The notes: a model not told the origin generated them from the letters alone. Numbered from the stretch's first letter, positions 42,132-52,675 are shown. The stretch: DNA of 64,000 nucleotides from Alphaproteobacteria bacterium (GCA_017480385.1 JAFVAT010000032.1:15276-79275), one strand, 5' to 3'. Program-made: numbers and translations.

Positions 42132-43987
42132 ACAATTTTCATTTTCTGCGTCCGGAATGGTTTTGGGGTTTTTTGGTTCTGTTTTTACTGCCGTTTTTTA
42201 TTCGCGGCGGCGGCAATTATGGCGGGCTGTGGCAAAAATTATGCGACGGGATCTTGCTGCGGTTTCAACTGATTTCCGGGACGGGACGACGTTTGTTTTG
42301 GCCCTTTTTTCTGGTAACCTCGGCTTGGACGGCAACGCTGTTTTCTTTGGCGGGGCCGACGTGGGAAAAGCTGCCCCAGCCGGCTGTTCAAAAGGGATCG
42401 GATACGGTTTATGTCATGGATATTTCCATGCTGATGTCTCCGACGGATATCAAGCCTTCCCGTATGGAGCGCGCGCGTTTTAAAGCTCACGATTTTCTGC
42501 AGAAAACAAAGGACGGACAAAACGCTTTGATTTTGTATGATCAAAAGCCGTTTGTCGCCGTTCCCCTGACAACGGATCAACATATTATCGACAATCTGCT
42601 GCCGACCGTTCGTGCCGGCATGATGGGATCGGGCATGTCTGATCTGCCTGCCGCGTTGGAAGAAGCGCTGTCCCTGCTGACACAGGCAAAATCAGCCGGC
42701 GGGCGGGTGATCGTGCTCAGCGGGCATGCTGCGGACGATCAATTGCCTCAGCTGTTGAAAACGGCAGAAAAGATTAAAGAGGCAGGGCATTCTCTTTCTT
42801 TTTTGGGTGTTGGCACAAAGCGCGGAGCTCCGCTGCAGCTGCCGAACGGGAATTTTCTGACGCATCAGGGCAGGCCGGTCTTGTCGGCGCTGTCTCAAAA
42901 AAATATGGAAAAGGCGGCGCGCGCCGGCGGTGGAACATATCAAACGGTTACGCTGGACGAAAAGGATATTGAAGCGATACTTGATGCTTTGCCGGAACGA
43001 ACGGAACAGCCGCTTTTTGCCGAACAGGAGCGGGCAAAGGCGGATACGTGGAAAGATTTCGGCGCTGTTTTGTGTATTTTTGTGCTGCCCTTTGCCGCTT
43101 TCGGCTATCGGAAAGGGTGGCTGGGCATTTGGCTGTTTGCGGCAGCTTTAAGTCCCTTGCAGGCGCATGCGTGGACTTTTTCCGATTTATGGACGCGCCC
43201 CGACCGCAGGGAGGCCATGGCGATTGCAGCCGGAGAAACACCGCATGATCCGGCGGTGTTCAACGATCCCGCGTGGCAGGGGGCGGCGGCTTACAAGGCC
43301 GGAGATTATCCGTCGGCGGTTTCTGCTTTGAACGGCGCCCAAGATGCGGAAAACTTGTATAACCAGGGCAATGCGTTGGCGCAGGCGGGGCAGTATCGGC
43401 AGGCTATAGAAACGTATCAGAAAGTATTGGAAAAAATGCCGGATCATGAAGATGCGGCGTTTAATAAAAAATACTTGGAAGATCAGCTGAAAAACAATCA
43501 GCAGAACCAGCAGAAGCAGCAAAATCAAGATCAGCAGAAACAAAATCAGAATCAACAGAACCAAAGCGATTCTCAGGACCAAAAGCAGCAGGATCAAAAA
43601 CAGCGCCAACAGCAGCAGGGGCAGGATCAGCAAAAGCAGCAGGATCAGCAGCGCTCTGATCAGGACCGGCAAAATCAGAATCAATCTGATCAGGATCGGC
43701 GGGATCAGCAGCAGTCTCGGCAGAACCAACAGGATCAGCAGCAGGATCAGTTGAAAGATCAACAGGACCAAAGGGGCGGACAGGAGCAGGCCGGCTCTGT
43801 GCAAAATCAACAGAAAAGCAACCGTAAGCCGCAGTCTGAACAAAAAGCTCCGCCGGAACAAAAGACGGACCAAGATCAGGAAAGACAGGAACAAATGCAA
43901 TGGCTTAGCGTTATTGAGGACGATCCTTCCGGTTTGCTACGCGAACGGATCCGCCGCCATAATCTGATGAACAGGAGAGGAAGATAA
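42128..43987 (+). CDS. batB: vWA + TPR protein BatB/BatC-like with a long Gln/Asp/Lys-rich low-complexity tail
   Basis: vWA with degenerate MIDAS (DISMLM), TM, TPR repeats (AAYKAGDYPSAV...AQAGQYRQAIETYQKVLE), then ~100 aa of QQ/QN/QD repeats. Confidence 0.65.
   Translation: MNNFHFLRPEWFWGFLVLFLLPFFIRGGGNYGGLWQKLCDGILLRFQLISGTGRRLFWPFFLVTSAWTATLFSLAGPTWEKLPQPAVQKGSDTVYVMDISMLMSPTDIKPSRMERARFKAHDFLQKTKDGQNALILYDQKPFVAVPLTTDQHIIDNLLPTVRAGMMGSGMSDLPAALEEALSLLTQAKSAGGRVIVLSGHAADDQLPQLLKTAEKIKEAGHSLSFLGVGTKRGAPLQLPNGNFLTHQGRPVLSALSQKNMEKAARAGGGTYQTVTLDEKDIEAILDALPERTEQPLFAEQERAKADTWKDFGAVLCIFVLPFAAFGYRKGWLGIWLFAAALSPLQAHAWTFSDLWTRPDRREAMAIAAGETPHDPAVFNDPAWQGAAAYKAGDYPSAVSALNGAQDAENLYNQGNALAQAGQYRQAIETYQKVLEKMPDHEDAAFNKKYLEDQLKNNQQNQQKQQNQDQQKQNQNQQNQSDSQDQKQQDQKQRQQQQGQDQQKQQDQQRSDQDRQNQNQSDQDRRDQQQSRQNQQDQQQDQLKDQQDQRGGQEQAGSVQNQQKSNRKPQSEQKAPPEQKTDQDQERQEQMQWLSVIEDDPSGLLRERIRRHNLMNRRGR
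43495..43795 (+). repeat. Imperfect CAG/CAA (Gln)-rich coding low-complexity tract inside batB
   Basis: cagcagaaccagcagaagcagcaaaatcaagatcag... read directly. Gives the spurious L/I-rich antisense ORF 43187-43900. Confidence 0.8.
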
Positions 43988-45840
43988 TGAAGAACAGAAT
44001 CGTATCCGTATTTCTTGTTATGCTTGCTTTATGCCGCAGTGCCGCCGGATTTGAAGCGAATGTCAGCCGCACGGTCATTCCGGAAGGCGAAAGCTTTCAG
44101 CTTTATTTGCGTCAGGACGGAAACGGCGCAAAACCGGATATCTCTGTTTTAAACGAAGATTTTTTAATCACAATGGAGCGCAAAAGTTTCAAATCAACCT
44201 ACGTCAACGGAAAAACGCAATCGTTTAATGAAAACGTGCTGACGCTGATTCCCAAAAAGACGGGAAAGGTGATTCTGCCTTCTATTCGGGCGGGCAAGGA
44301 GCAGACGTCTCCGATTATGCTGACAGTGGTCGCCGGTGGGCAGGCTCTGCCTGATGATCCCGTTGCCCGTGAAAAGGCGCGAGCCGTCCAGCCTAATGTG
44401 TTTATCCGGTATTCATTGGACGATGCGTCTCCTTATGTCGGTCAGCAAATTCCTTTGACGGTACGGCTGTATTCCTTCGTTCAGACGCCGCTTTTGGACG
44501 GGACCGTCCTGCCGCCAAAAGCCGACGGCGTAACGGCGGAACAGTGGGGAGATGTGAAACGCCGCAGAGAAAAGGTGCATAACAGAACTTATGATGTTCT
44601 GGAATATCAGTTTTTATTGTTCGCTCAGAAAAGCGGCAAGCTGGAGCTTTCTCCCGCCCAGTTCAGAGGATCTGTCAGTGATCCCAACGGCCGTCAGGAA
44701 GATATGGAAGACATGTTCGGCATGGGGGGCGCCGGTCTTTTTTCGGGCTTTTTCAGTCAGAAAAGCATAGCGGTCCAATCCGATCCGATCGTTTTGAATG
44801 TTAAGCCTATTCCCGCCGACGTCAGCGGTGCCTGGCTGCCGGCGACAGAGGTAGCCGTATCGGAAGATTTAACGCCGCCGAAACAATCGATTTCTTTGGG
44901 AGAAGCATTGACGCGTACTGTGACGGTTATGGCTTCCGGCGTTCGGGATTCGCAGATTCCCGATTTGGTTTTTGCAGACGGACCGAATTATAAACAGTAT
45001 CCGGGCAAAACGGATTCTAAAAATTTGTTCGACAATAACGGTGTCGTCGGGGTAAAAACGCGCCAGATCGTATTTATGCCGACTGCCGCCGGATCGGTTG
45101 TTTTGCCGCGCATGGAAATACCATGGTTTGATGTGAAGACGGGCAAGACGAAAAAAGCTGTTCTGCCGTCCCGTACGATTACGGTAACGGCAGATGCGGG
45201 CGAGGACGTTTCCGCCACGGTGCCTCCTGCTTCGGCGGCTCCCAAAGCGCCGGCTTTGACGGATTCGGCAGCAGCGTCCGTTTCTTCGCCCGATGCTCCG
45301 GTATCCGCCTTTGCCGAAGCTTTTTCCGAGCCGATGCAGAATCTGGACGAGCAGGTTGCGGCGCAGACTTTTTGGGAAAAATACGTGCATCAGCCGCCCC
45401 TGCGTTTGTTTTTAGCCGGGATTTTGGCCGGCGGAGCGGCAGTAACCGTTCTCTGGCTGCTTATGCATTTCTTGATTTTTAAAAAAGCTGTGCCGCAGAC
45501 GGTATCAGTGCAAGTTAAAGAAAGTGATACGGCGGCGCTCAGACAGCTGAAAGAAGCTTGTCAATCCGGTCCCGCAGAAAAAGTCAAGCAGGCTCTTTTA
45601 AACTGGGGCCGTTCTTTTTGGCCGGACAAGCCGCCTCTGACGGTTTCCGAATTGGCTGAACGGATGAACAGTCCGGCTTTGAAGTTGGAAATAGACGAAC
45701 TTAACCGCGCTTTGTACGGGGAAGACCGGACCGAATGGAGCGGGGAGGATTTCTGGTTGGCTTTTAAAACGGCTGCGACTGACGGAAAGAAGAAAGCGGA
45801 AAATGAAAAAATTCCCGTTCCGCCGCTGTATCCGGATTAA
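43987..45840 (+). CDS. batD: BatD oxygen-tolerance-type protein
   Basis: Signal peptide, BatD N-terminal domain, C-terminal TM (LFLAGILAGGAAVTVLWLL); 617 aa. Confidence 0.65.
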   Translation: MKNRIVSVFLVMLALCRSAAGFEANVSRTVIPEGESFQLYLRQDGNGAKPDISVLNEDFLITMERKSFKSTYVNGKTQSFNENVLTLIPKKTGKVILPSIRAGKEQTSPIMLTVVAGGQALPDDPVAREKARAVQPNVFIRYSLDDASPYVGQQIPLTVRLYSFVQTPLLDGTVLPPKADGVTAEQWGDVKRRREKVHNRTYDVLEYQFLLFAQKSGKLELSPAQFRGSVSDPNGRQEDMEDMFGMGGAGLFSGFFSQKSIAVQSDPIVLNVKPIPADVSGAWLPATEVAVSEDLTPPKQSISLGEALTRTVTVMASGVRDSQIPDLVFADGPNYKQYPGKTDSKNLFDNNGVVGVKTRQIVFMPTAAGSVVLPRMEIPWFDVKTGKTKKAVLPSRTITVTADAGEDVSATVPPASAAPKAPALTDSAAASVSSPDAPVSAFAEAFSEPMQNLDEQVAAQTFWEKYVHQPPLRLFLAGILAGGAAVTVLWLLMHFLIFKKAVPQTVSVQVKESDTAALRQLKEACQSGPAEKVKQALLNWGRSFWPDKPPLTVSELAERMNSPALKLEIDELNRALYGEDRTEWSGEDFWLAFKTAATDGKKKAENEKIPVPPLYPD

Positions 45841-45910
45841 ACATTCATTGTTTTTTTACAATACGGGCGTATAACCGACAACGGTATATACTTTCGGAAA
45901 GTCGTGTTTT

Positions 45911-46975
45911 ATGCGCAGTATGAGTTTGATCCATACCGTTTTGGCATCGTTGTTGTGGTGCGCCGTCGTGTTCATTTTTGTGGGCATGAACTTTATGAAA
46001 TTTGAAGCGGCTTCGGGCGCGTTGCATGAATCACGTATTAAAACCGCATTGACAGAACTGCATAAGACAATTCAGCTGGAAATGGACAAGGGCGAAATGC
46101 TGGCCGGGCTGAAAACAGCCGGAGAACTGCTGCTGCGCTATGCCAATGATGAAACCGATTTGCTTTCCGTTTCAATTTTTGAAACAAAAACGGGAAAAGT
46201 TTTGTTTGGAACGGAGCCTTCGGCATTAGGACAGATCGTCCCAGATTCTTGGCGTAAAAAATGCAGTCGTCCGAACGAGTTTTTTACTGTTCACGAAACG
46301 GACAAAGAAAGCTTCGGCATACCGGTTCAGAATGCGTTTTTGGAAAATGTAGGCTGTCTGACTGCTGTGTATACAATGCAAGGTATTAATGCCGTTCGGG
46401 AAAGAATGATCAGAACCGCTTTCCGTTATGCCTTCCGTTTGGCGGCGATTGGGGTATCTATTTGTTTTTCCTTTTATTTTTTTAGTTTTCTGGTTTCAGA
46501 GCTTTTAGAACACAAAAAAATTCAGCTGACAGCCGTTTTAATTTTGTGTCAGGGACTGCTGCTGGCTGCTTTGTATTTTAATTTTACGGCTATGTTCAGA
46601 ACATTTGAAGCAGACCTCAGAGAAGAAATTGCTTCGAAATCGCGACTGATCGCCGGACAAATCGGCATGCTGCTCAGCCATGCGGTGCAAAGCGGCGTAC
46701 CGTTTGATTCCGTAACGGCCTTAGAAGCGTATATGGATCAGATCCGTCAGGAAAACAAAGAAATTTTGTTTATTTTGGTAACGGATAAAACAGGAAGGGT
46801 CCTGTATGAGGCCGGTTCGGCGGCTAAAGCGTTTGAAGCGGATCCTCATACGGGAAAAATTTTTTTGCGGGACGGTTATTACAATACGGCTGCTCCGGTC
46901 AATAACGGCAGCTCTGCCGTCGGGTGGGTGCAAATAGGCGTTAATGAAAGGTTCGAGCGTGAAAAAGGTCTTTAG
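45911..46975 (+). CDS. Membrane protein with periplasmic sensor-like domain and no output domain
   Basis: TM, ~170-aa periplasmic region, second TM, ~150-aa cytoplasmic region. Overlaps the following SBP gene. Confidence 0.4.
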   Translation: MRSMSLIHTVLASLLWCAVVFIFVGMNFMKFEAASGALHESRIKTALTELHKTIQLEMDKGEMLAGLKTAGELLLRYANDETDLLSVSIFETKTGKVLFGTEPSALGQIVPDSWRKKCSRPNEFFTVHETDKESFGIPVQNAFLENVGCLTAVYTMQGINAVRERMIRTAFRYAFRLAAIGVSICFSFYFFSFLVSELLEHKKIQLTAVLILCQGLLLAALYFNFTAMFRTFEADLREEIASKSRLIAGQIGMLLSHAVQSGVPFDSVTALEAYMDQIRQENKEILFILVTDKTGRVLYEAGSAAKAFEADPHTGKIFLRDGYYNTAAPVNNGSSAVGWVQIGVNERFEREKGL

Positions 46976-47963
46976 TCTGCTGCTTTTTTTGCTTTTTTTT
47001 CCTTTTGTGCAGGCTGAAGCCGCACCGAGGCAAAAAGTTTACCTTGTTTTATGGAATGGGTGTGAAGAAGCGTGCCGCGGTTTTTTGGATTATTTAAAGG
47101 CCTCTCACGAAAATATTGAGGTTATACAGCGGGACTTGGACAAGAAAACCGGTCAGGTTTCAGAGCTGAAAACGGAAATAAAGGAACTGGCTCCTGATTT
47201 GCTGGTAACTTGGGGAACCTTGGCCGCGGTTAAAATATTGGGAACGGGAAACAGTGATCTGGTATCGCAGTACGGTGCCGTTCCGGCGCTGTTTATGGTT
47301 GTTTCCCAGCCGATTGAAAGCGGATTGGTGGCTTCTTTGGTTTCTCAGGGACGCAATATCACGGGCGTTATGCATTTGGTGCCCTTGGCCGAACAGCTGC
47401 AGCTGGCGCGTCAGGTTGTTTCTTTTCACCGGTTGGGGGTGATTTATAATCCGGCGGAAACCAATGCTCAGGCTGCGGTAGATCAGATGCGCCAATATGC
47501 TTCTTTAATGAATTTTGAGCTTTTGGAACGTCCTTTGCCGTTATCCAAAAATAATCAGCCGTCGGCAGGGAATATCGCTTCTTTGGTCGCCGATTTGGCC
47601 GATAAGAAAACAGACCTGATTTATTTGGGACCGGATGCTTTTATGAACGCGAACAGAAAAGCCCTGATTGACACGGCGACTGCTTTTTCCATTCCTGTTT
47701 TTTCGGCTTCGGAAGGGGCTGTGCGCCATGACAACGCTTTGTTTGCGTTTGTGCACAGGTACTATACTGTCGGTCAAATGGCCGGCAAGAAAGCTTTGAA
47801 AATTTTGAAAGACAAAGTGCAGGCCTATGATATTCCTATCGAAGCGCCGCAAAGATCCTTGTTGGTCGTTAATATGACGGCAGCGCAAAAAACGGGCGTT
47901 TATCCGCCGTTGTCGCTGCTGCAAAATGCCGATCTGGTTAATATTCCGATCTCTGAAAATTAA
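46944..47963 (+). CDS. ABC-transporter-type periplasmic substrate-binding protein (ABC_sub_bind-like)
   Basis: Signal peptide; two-lobed SBP pattern of the family often paired with sensor proteins. Confidence 0.45.
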   Translation: MKGSSVKKVFSLLLFLLFFPFVQAEAAPRQKVYLVLWNGCEEACRGFLDYLKASHENIEVIQRDLDKKTGQVSELKTEIKELAPDLLVTWGTLAAVKILGTGNSDLVSQYGAVPALFMVVSQPIESGLVASLVSQGRNITGVMHLVPLAEQLQLARQVVSFHRLGVIYNPAETNAQAAVDQMRQYASLMNFELLERPLPLSKNNQPSAGNIASLVADLADKKTDLIYLGPDAFMNANRKALIDTATAFSIPVFSASEGAVRHDNALFAFVHRYYTVGQMAGKKALKILKDKVQAYDIPIEAPQRSLLVVNMTAAQKTGVYPPLSLLQNADLVNIPISEN

Positions 47964-48095
47964 GAATTTTACTTTGCCGGCATTTTTATTAAAAGCGATT
48001 CGTTTCCAAGAATACGGTTATTTTTTTTCTCCTGTTTGACGAATATGATCAAACTGCTACACTAAAAGAAGTTGTTTGTTATTAAGGAGTTTTTT

Positions 48096-49367
48096 ATGCC
48101 GTATGAAAAAATAAAAGGCAAACTGCTGGTGGCTCAGGGCGGAGGTCCGACGGCAGTGATTAATCAGTCTTTGGTCGGCGTTGTTTTGGAAGCGCGCAAA
48201 TTCAACCGTATAGAACATGTTTACGGCGCTGTCCATGGCGTGCGCGGCATTGTAAATGAAGATCTGGTCAACTTGTCCAGCGAAACGTCGCATAATTTGG
48301 AAATGGTTGCCAATACGCCGTCCTCCGCTTTGGGCACGACACGCGATAAACCGGATCTGAAATATTGTCAGCAGATGCTGCGCGTGATGCAGGCGCATGA
48401 TATTCGGTACTTTTTATATATCGGCGGCAATGATTCCGCTGATACAACCCGCATTATCAGCGAAGAAGCCAGAAAAGAGGGCTATCAGCTCAGATGTATC
48501 CATATTCCCAAGACGATTGATAATGATTTGATGCATAACGACCATTGTCCGGGATATCCTTCCGCGGCGCGGTATGTTTCTCAAGCGTTTGTCGGACTGA
48601 ATCGGGACAGCTGGGCTTTGGGCGGTACGGTCATTGCCGTTGTTATGGGGCGCCATGCGGGTTTTTTGACCGCCGCTGCCGCTATGGGCAAAAAGTTTCC
48701 CGATGACGGGCCGCACCTGATTTATATGCCGGAGAGAACATTTGATTTGAATACGTTTGCGCAGGACGTTCGCCGCGTTTATGAAAAATATGACCGCTGT
48801 GTCGTCGCTGTCAGCGAAGGGATCCATGACGCTTCCGGCCAGCCGATTATTACGCGGCTGACAAACTGTCAGGACCGAGATGCGCACGGAAACATACAGC
48901 TGTCGGGGTCCGGTGCTTTAGGAGACTGCTTGGCACAGGTGCTGAAAGAAAAAGTGGGGATTCAGCGCGTGCGTGCGGATACTTTGGGATATATGCAGCG
49001 TTCGTTTGTCGGTTGTGTTTCAGACGTGGATCAGCGCGAAGCCCGTGAAGTCGGCGAGAAGGCCGTGCAGTTCGCCATGTGGGGAAATTCAGACGGTTCT
49101 GTCGCGATCAAACGGATCGGCTTTTATATGTGCGATTATGATTTAATCCCGCTGGATCAGGTTGCTGCCAAAACGCGAACGATGCCTGACGAGTTCATTA
49201 CGCCGGAGGGCAATGATGTCACAGATGCTTTTCGTATGTATCTGCGACCTCTGCTGGGATCAAAAATGCCTGATGCCTATCGTCTGCGCGCTCCGTTTAT
49301 CCCGAAAATATTGAATGAAGGCATTCCGTTCTCTGCCGAACGCCAGCCTAAACTGCCGCAATGGTAA
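48096..49367 (+). CDS. pfp: Pyrophosphate-dependent 6-phosphofructokinase
   Basis: PFK family (GGGPTAVINQS, IGGNDSADT, TIDNDL). Size and motif spacing match the short PPi-PFK group. Start MPYEKIKGK has an aaggag RBS. Confidence 0.6.
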   Translation: MPYEKIKGKLLVAQGGGPTAVINQSLVGVVLEARKFNRIEHVYGAVHGVRGIVNEDLVNLSSETSHNLEMVANTPSSALGTTRDKPDLKYCQQMLRVMQAHDIRYFLYIGGNDSADTTRIISEEARKEGYQLRCIHIPKTIDNDLMHNDHCPGYPSAARYVSQAFVGLNRDSWALGGTVIAVVMGRHAGFLTAAAAMGKKFPDDGPHLIYMPERTFDLNTFAQDVRRVYEKYDRCVVAVSEGIHDASGQPIITRLTNCQDRDAHGNIQLSGSGALGDCLAQVLKEKVGIQRVRADTLGYMQRSFVGCVSDVDQREAREVGEKAVQFAMWGNSDGSVAIKRIGFYMCDYDLIPLDQVAAKTRTMPDEFITPEGNDVTDAFRMYLRPLLGSKMPDAYRLRAPFIPKILNEGIPFSAERQPKLPQW

Positions 49368-49377
49368 AAATAAAAAG

Positions 49378-49412
49378 TCCGGTGATTATGTTAAAATCAC
49401 CGGATTTTTTTA
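49378..49412. terminator. Bidirectional rho-independent terminator
   Basis: 10-bp perfect stem tccggtgatt/aatcaccgga with a 7-nt loop. TTTTTTT downstream and an A-run upstream. Confidence 0.8.
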
Positions 49413-49850
49413 TTGTTTTGATTGACGTTTGATCGGATAGAGTTTTTCTGCGCCGTTCGCTAATTTTTTTTGGCCGCGGGGATATAAGAATTTGCCGTCG
49501 GGCAGACGCAAAGATCCGTCTGAATACAGCTCTGATTTAAAAATCGGCATGCGCGTAAAATCAGAGATAATTTCCGCACAGTCTATGCGACGTTTTCTGT
49601 ATAAGGAAAAGGAGTTGGCCTTTGCCCTGGCATATTGGCGTAATTTAGCTTTTTCCTCTTCCGGACTGATCGATGTATTGCTGTAATACCGGCTGAGAAT
49701 TTCTTCAAATTGATACAAAGGACGGTAAGCCTTGCATGCCATAACAACGCCGGTTAAATTGCCCATTTCTTCAACTTCGCTTGGCTGAGATGACGCAAAG
49801 ACATTCAGAGGCAGGATGGAAAACATGAAAGCAATGATGATTTTGCGCAT
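49410..49850 (-). CDS. Small secreted protein of unknown function
   Basis: A signal peptide (MRKIIIAFMFSILPLNVFASSQ) begins at the internal Met, so the real start is ~49850 rather than the track's 50048, which would overlap the next gene. Confidence 0.4.
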   Translation of the reverse strand: MRKIIIAFMFSILPLNVFASSQPSEVEEMGNLTGVVMACKAYRPLYQFEEILSRYYSNTSISPEEEKAKLRQYARAKANSFSLYRKRRIDCAEIISDFTRMPIFKSELYSDGSLRLPDGKFLYPRGQKKLANGAEKLYPIKRQSKQ

Positions 49851-49923
49851 AATAAGGTCCTTTAAATAAACGTCATTCCGTATTTTTACTTTATTCGGCA
49901 AAAGTTCAAATTTCCTTAAAGAA

Positions 49924-50640
49924 TCAAAAAGAAATTTGTTTGAAAAATAAACGCCATGCCGCTGTAACGGCTGCCGGATTTTCAATTGGCGGCAAATGAC
50001 CGCTGTTTTCAATAATAACATGGGCACTGTTCGGAATCTGAGCCGCAATTTCGTCCATGGCCGCCGGCGGAGACAAAACGTCCAGCTCTCCTCCCATGAC
50101 CAAAACGGGACAAGACAGTGTCGGCAGCAGGTCTGTCGATTCAGGACGGTTCATAATTAACGTTTGTTCGTTAATGTATTTTTCAACTCCCATTGCTATG
50201 GCCATATGAGTCAGGATATGTGTCGTGATATCGTTGCGATTGACGGGCGCGATAATGTCCAATAAAGCCGGAGAAATAACAGATTTAATTCCTTCCTTTT
50301 GGGCTGTTTCTATCATTTTCCGCCGTTTTTCGCGCGCTGCCGGCGGATCGGACCGGGCATTCGTGTCCATTAAAATCAATCCGGCAGCACATTCGGGAGC
50401 CTGCCGCATGATTTCAAAAGCAATGTAGCCGCCCATAGAAATGCCGCCCAGAATAAATCGATCCGGAACTTGATTTAAGATCCGCCGTGCCGCGGCGCTG
50501 ACATCTGTGTCTTTTCCGGGCTCCGGCACAAAAAAATCACACGTTTCTTCCAATGCTTTGATCTGGTGAATAAATAAACCGGCATTGCACAACAGGGCCG
50601 GCAATAAAACGACGGGCGTTTTCATAAGACCTCTTTTCAC
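49924..50640 (-). CDS. Alpha/beta-fold hydrolase
   Basis: Nucleophile elbow GISMGG; His near the C-terminus (SGHLP). Confidence 0.65.
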   Translation of the reverse strand: MKRGLMKTPVVLLPALLCNAGLFIHQIKALEETCDFFVPEPGKDTDVSAAARRILNQVPDRFILGGISMGGYIAFEIMRQAPECAAGLILMDTNARSDPPAAREKRRKMIETAQKEGIKSVISPALLDIIAPVNRNDITTHILTHMAIAMGVEKYINEQTLIMNRPESTDLLPTLSCPVLVMGGELDVLSPPAAMDEIAAQIPNSAHVIIENSGHLPPIENPAAVTAAWRLFFKQISF

Positions 50641-51197
50641 TTAATCAAACGGTTCTGAATTTCTTTGAATTCGGGCGATCCGGCCTTTCTCAGCCATTCA
50701 AACAGCACCATTTCCACACCGGCGGTAAAAATCCCTTCCTGTGTCAGGCGACGAATGGCTGCTTGTTCGTTTTCCGGCGCACGGCAGCCCGAAGCGTCCG
50801 TAACAACAAAAACGTCAAAGCCGGCTTCCTTTAATTCAACCGCGGTTTGTAAAACACAGATGTGTTCCTCAATACCGGCGATGACAACCTGCTTTTTTCC
50901 AAGAGAGGTCAGACGGTCCATAAAGTCGTTTTCCTGTACGGCAGACAAGTTTGTTTTTTCAAAATATATAGCAGTTTCAGGGGCTGCTTCCCGAATATCG
51001 AACAAAGACGGGCCCAATCCTTTGGGATATTGCTCCGTAATCAGTGTTGGAATTCCCAGAATGCCGGCGCCTTTCAGCAAACGGGCGCAGCCGTCTATAA
51101 TGCGCCGTGGTTCATTCATAGCAGGAGCCAGACGTTCCTGAACATCTATAATTAAAAGACAAGAGTCGATTTTGCGGATTAACATTGTTCTGTCCAT
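50637..51197 (-). CDS. Isochorismatase-family cysteine hydrolase
   Basis: Isochorismatase-like fold pattern with Asp (IIDVQE) and Cys (EEHICVLQTA) catalytic residues. Confidence 0.65.
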   Translation of the reverse strand: MDRTMLIRKIDSCLLIIDVQERLAPAMNEPRRIIDGCARLLKGAGILGIPTLITEQYPKGLGPSLFDIREAAPETAIYFEKTNLSAVQENDFMDRLTSLGKKQVVIAGIEEHICVLQTAVELKEAGFDVFVVTDASGCRAPENEQAAIRRLTQEGIFTAGVEMVLFEWLRKAGSPEFKEIQNRLIK

Positions 51198-51258
51198 TAT
51201 TTAGGTATATAAGACTTAAATTACCGTGCCACACTTTGTATGGAATATAAATATAAAA

Positions 51259-52653
51259 ATGAAATTTTCTGATTTTGGACTGAATGAAAACACACTTAAA
51301 GCCGTGGCCGAAGTCGGCTATGACGAACCAACTCCTATTCAGCAAAAGGCTATTCCCGAAATTTTGAAACGCAATGACGTTATCGGAATCGCGCAGACAG
51401 GGACGGGGAAGACAGCTGCCTTTACTTTGCCGATGATCGATATTTTGGCAAATGGGAGGGCAAAAGCCCTGATGCCGAGGACTTTGATCCTGTCTCCAAC
51501 CCGCGAACTGGCGATCCAGATCGCGGAATGTTTCCAAAAATACGGAAAATATCAAAAGTTATCCATGGCACTGCTGATCGGCGGAGAATCTATGATAGAA
51601 CAGCAAAAAGTTTTATCCCGCGGCGTTGATGTGCTGATAGCGACGCCGGGACGCATGATTGATTTATGTGAACGCGGGAGAATCCTGCTGCGTGATGTTC
51701 GCATTTTTGTTTTGGACGAAGCTGACAGAATGCTTGATATGGGCTTTATTCCCGATGTGGAAAAAATTGCGGCTAAGCTGCCGGTTATGCGGCAGACGTT
51801 GTTGTTTTCTGCTACGATGCTGCCCGAAATTAAAGCGCTGGCGCAGAAGTTTATGAAATTTCCTATTGAGGTTCGCGTCGATCCGCCGATGTCGGCAGCC
51901 GATACGGTGGAACAGTTTATCGTTAAAACAAACGAACGCGGCAAACGTGAGGTCTTAAGGAGGTTAATTCGATCGGAAAATGTGCAGAATGCCATGGTTT
52001 TTTGCAACCGGAAAAAGGATGTCGATATTTTATTTAAATCTTTTACAAAGCATCAGTTTTCCGTTGCGGCTCTGCATGGTGATATGGCGCAGGGGCAAAG
52101 AACGGAAACCCTGAACGCTTTTCGGGATGGTCATGTTCAGTTGCTAGTCTGTTCCGATGTGGCGGCACGCGGTCTCGATCTGCCGGACGTTTCGCATGTA
52201 TTTAACTTTGATGTTCCCGTTAATTCCGAAGATTACATTCACCGCATTGGCCGCACCGGGCGTGCCGGTAGAACAGGGCGGGCTTTTATGCTGATTACTT
52301 CGGCAGATTTTAAGGCTTTAGCAGCGATAGAACGCATGATTGGGCAGAAAATTGAGGAAATGGAGCGATTTTCCATTGAAATGGATCCGCCGTCCGAACC
52401 TAAAAACAAACGGCGGCGCAAAGCTAAAAAAGTGTCTCATACGGCAGTTCCAGTTTCGCAACAGACGGCGGAACGCGTAAAGGAAACTGCAGCAGAGACG
52501 GTCCAAAAGCATGCGCACAGAAGAAGACACAGAAAAAGCAAAAATGCAAAAACGCCGCAAAAGGCTGCGGAAACATTTTCTGTTATGGATCATTCAAGTG
52601 TTTTTGGCAGAGCGATGCCGGCTTTTATGATGAATGAAGTAAAACTGTCTTAG
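51259..52653 (+). CDS. DEAD-box ATP-dependent RNA helicase (RhlE-like) with basic C-terminal tail
   Basis: Q motif, AQTGTGKT, DEAD, SAT, HRIGRTGRAGR. Likely start MKFSDFGL at 51259; the track's ORF begins at 51226. Confidence 0.85.
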   Translation: MKFSDFGLNENTLKAVAEVGYDEPTPIQQKAIPEILKRNDVIGIAQTGTGKTAAFTLPMIDILANGRAKALMPRTLILSPTRELAIQIAECFQKYGKYQKLSMALLIGGESMIEQQKVLSRGVDVLIATPGRMIDLCERGRILLRDVRIFVLDEADRMLDMGFIPDVEKIAAKLPVMRQTLLFSATMLPEIKALAQKFMKFPIEVRVDPPMSAADTVEQFIVKTNERGKREVLRRLIRSENVQNAMVFCNRKKDVDILFKSFTKHQFSVAALHGDMAQGQRTETLNAFRDGHVQLLVCSDVAARGLDLPDVSHVFNFDVPVNSEDYIHRIGRTGRAGRTGRAFMLITSADFKALAAIERMIGQKIEEMERFSIEMDPPSEPKNKRRRKAKKVSHTAVPVSQQTAERVKETAAETVQKHAHRRRHRKSKNAKTPQKAAETFSVMDHSSVFGRAMPAFMMNEVKLS

Positions 52654-52675
52654 AAATGGCCTGTATTGTGAAAAA

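Noticed and set aside
43187-43900. 237-aa minus-strand ORF rich in L/I (LILLLILLVL...).
   Set aside because: It is the antisense translation of the CAG/CAA-rich Gln tract of batB and has no independent support.
49410-50048. Long form (212 aa) of the minus-strand ORF overlapping the alpha/beta hydrolase gene by 125 bp.
   Set aside because: A signal peptide begins at the internal Met (49850). The shorter form removes the overlap and is far more plausible.
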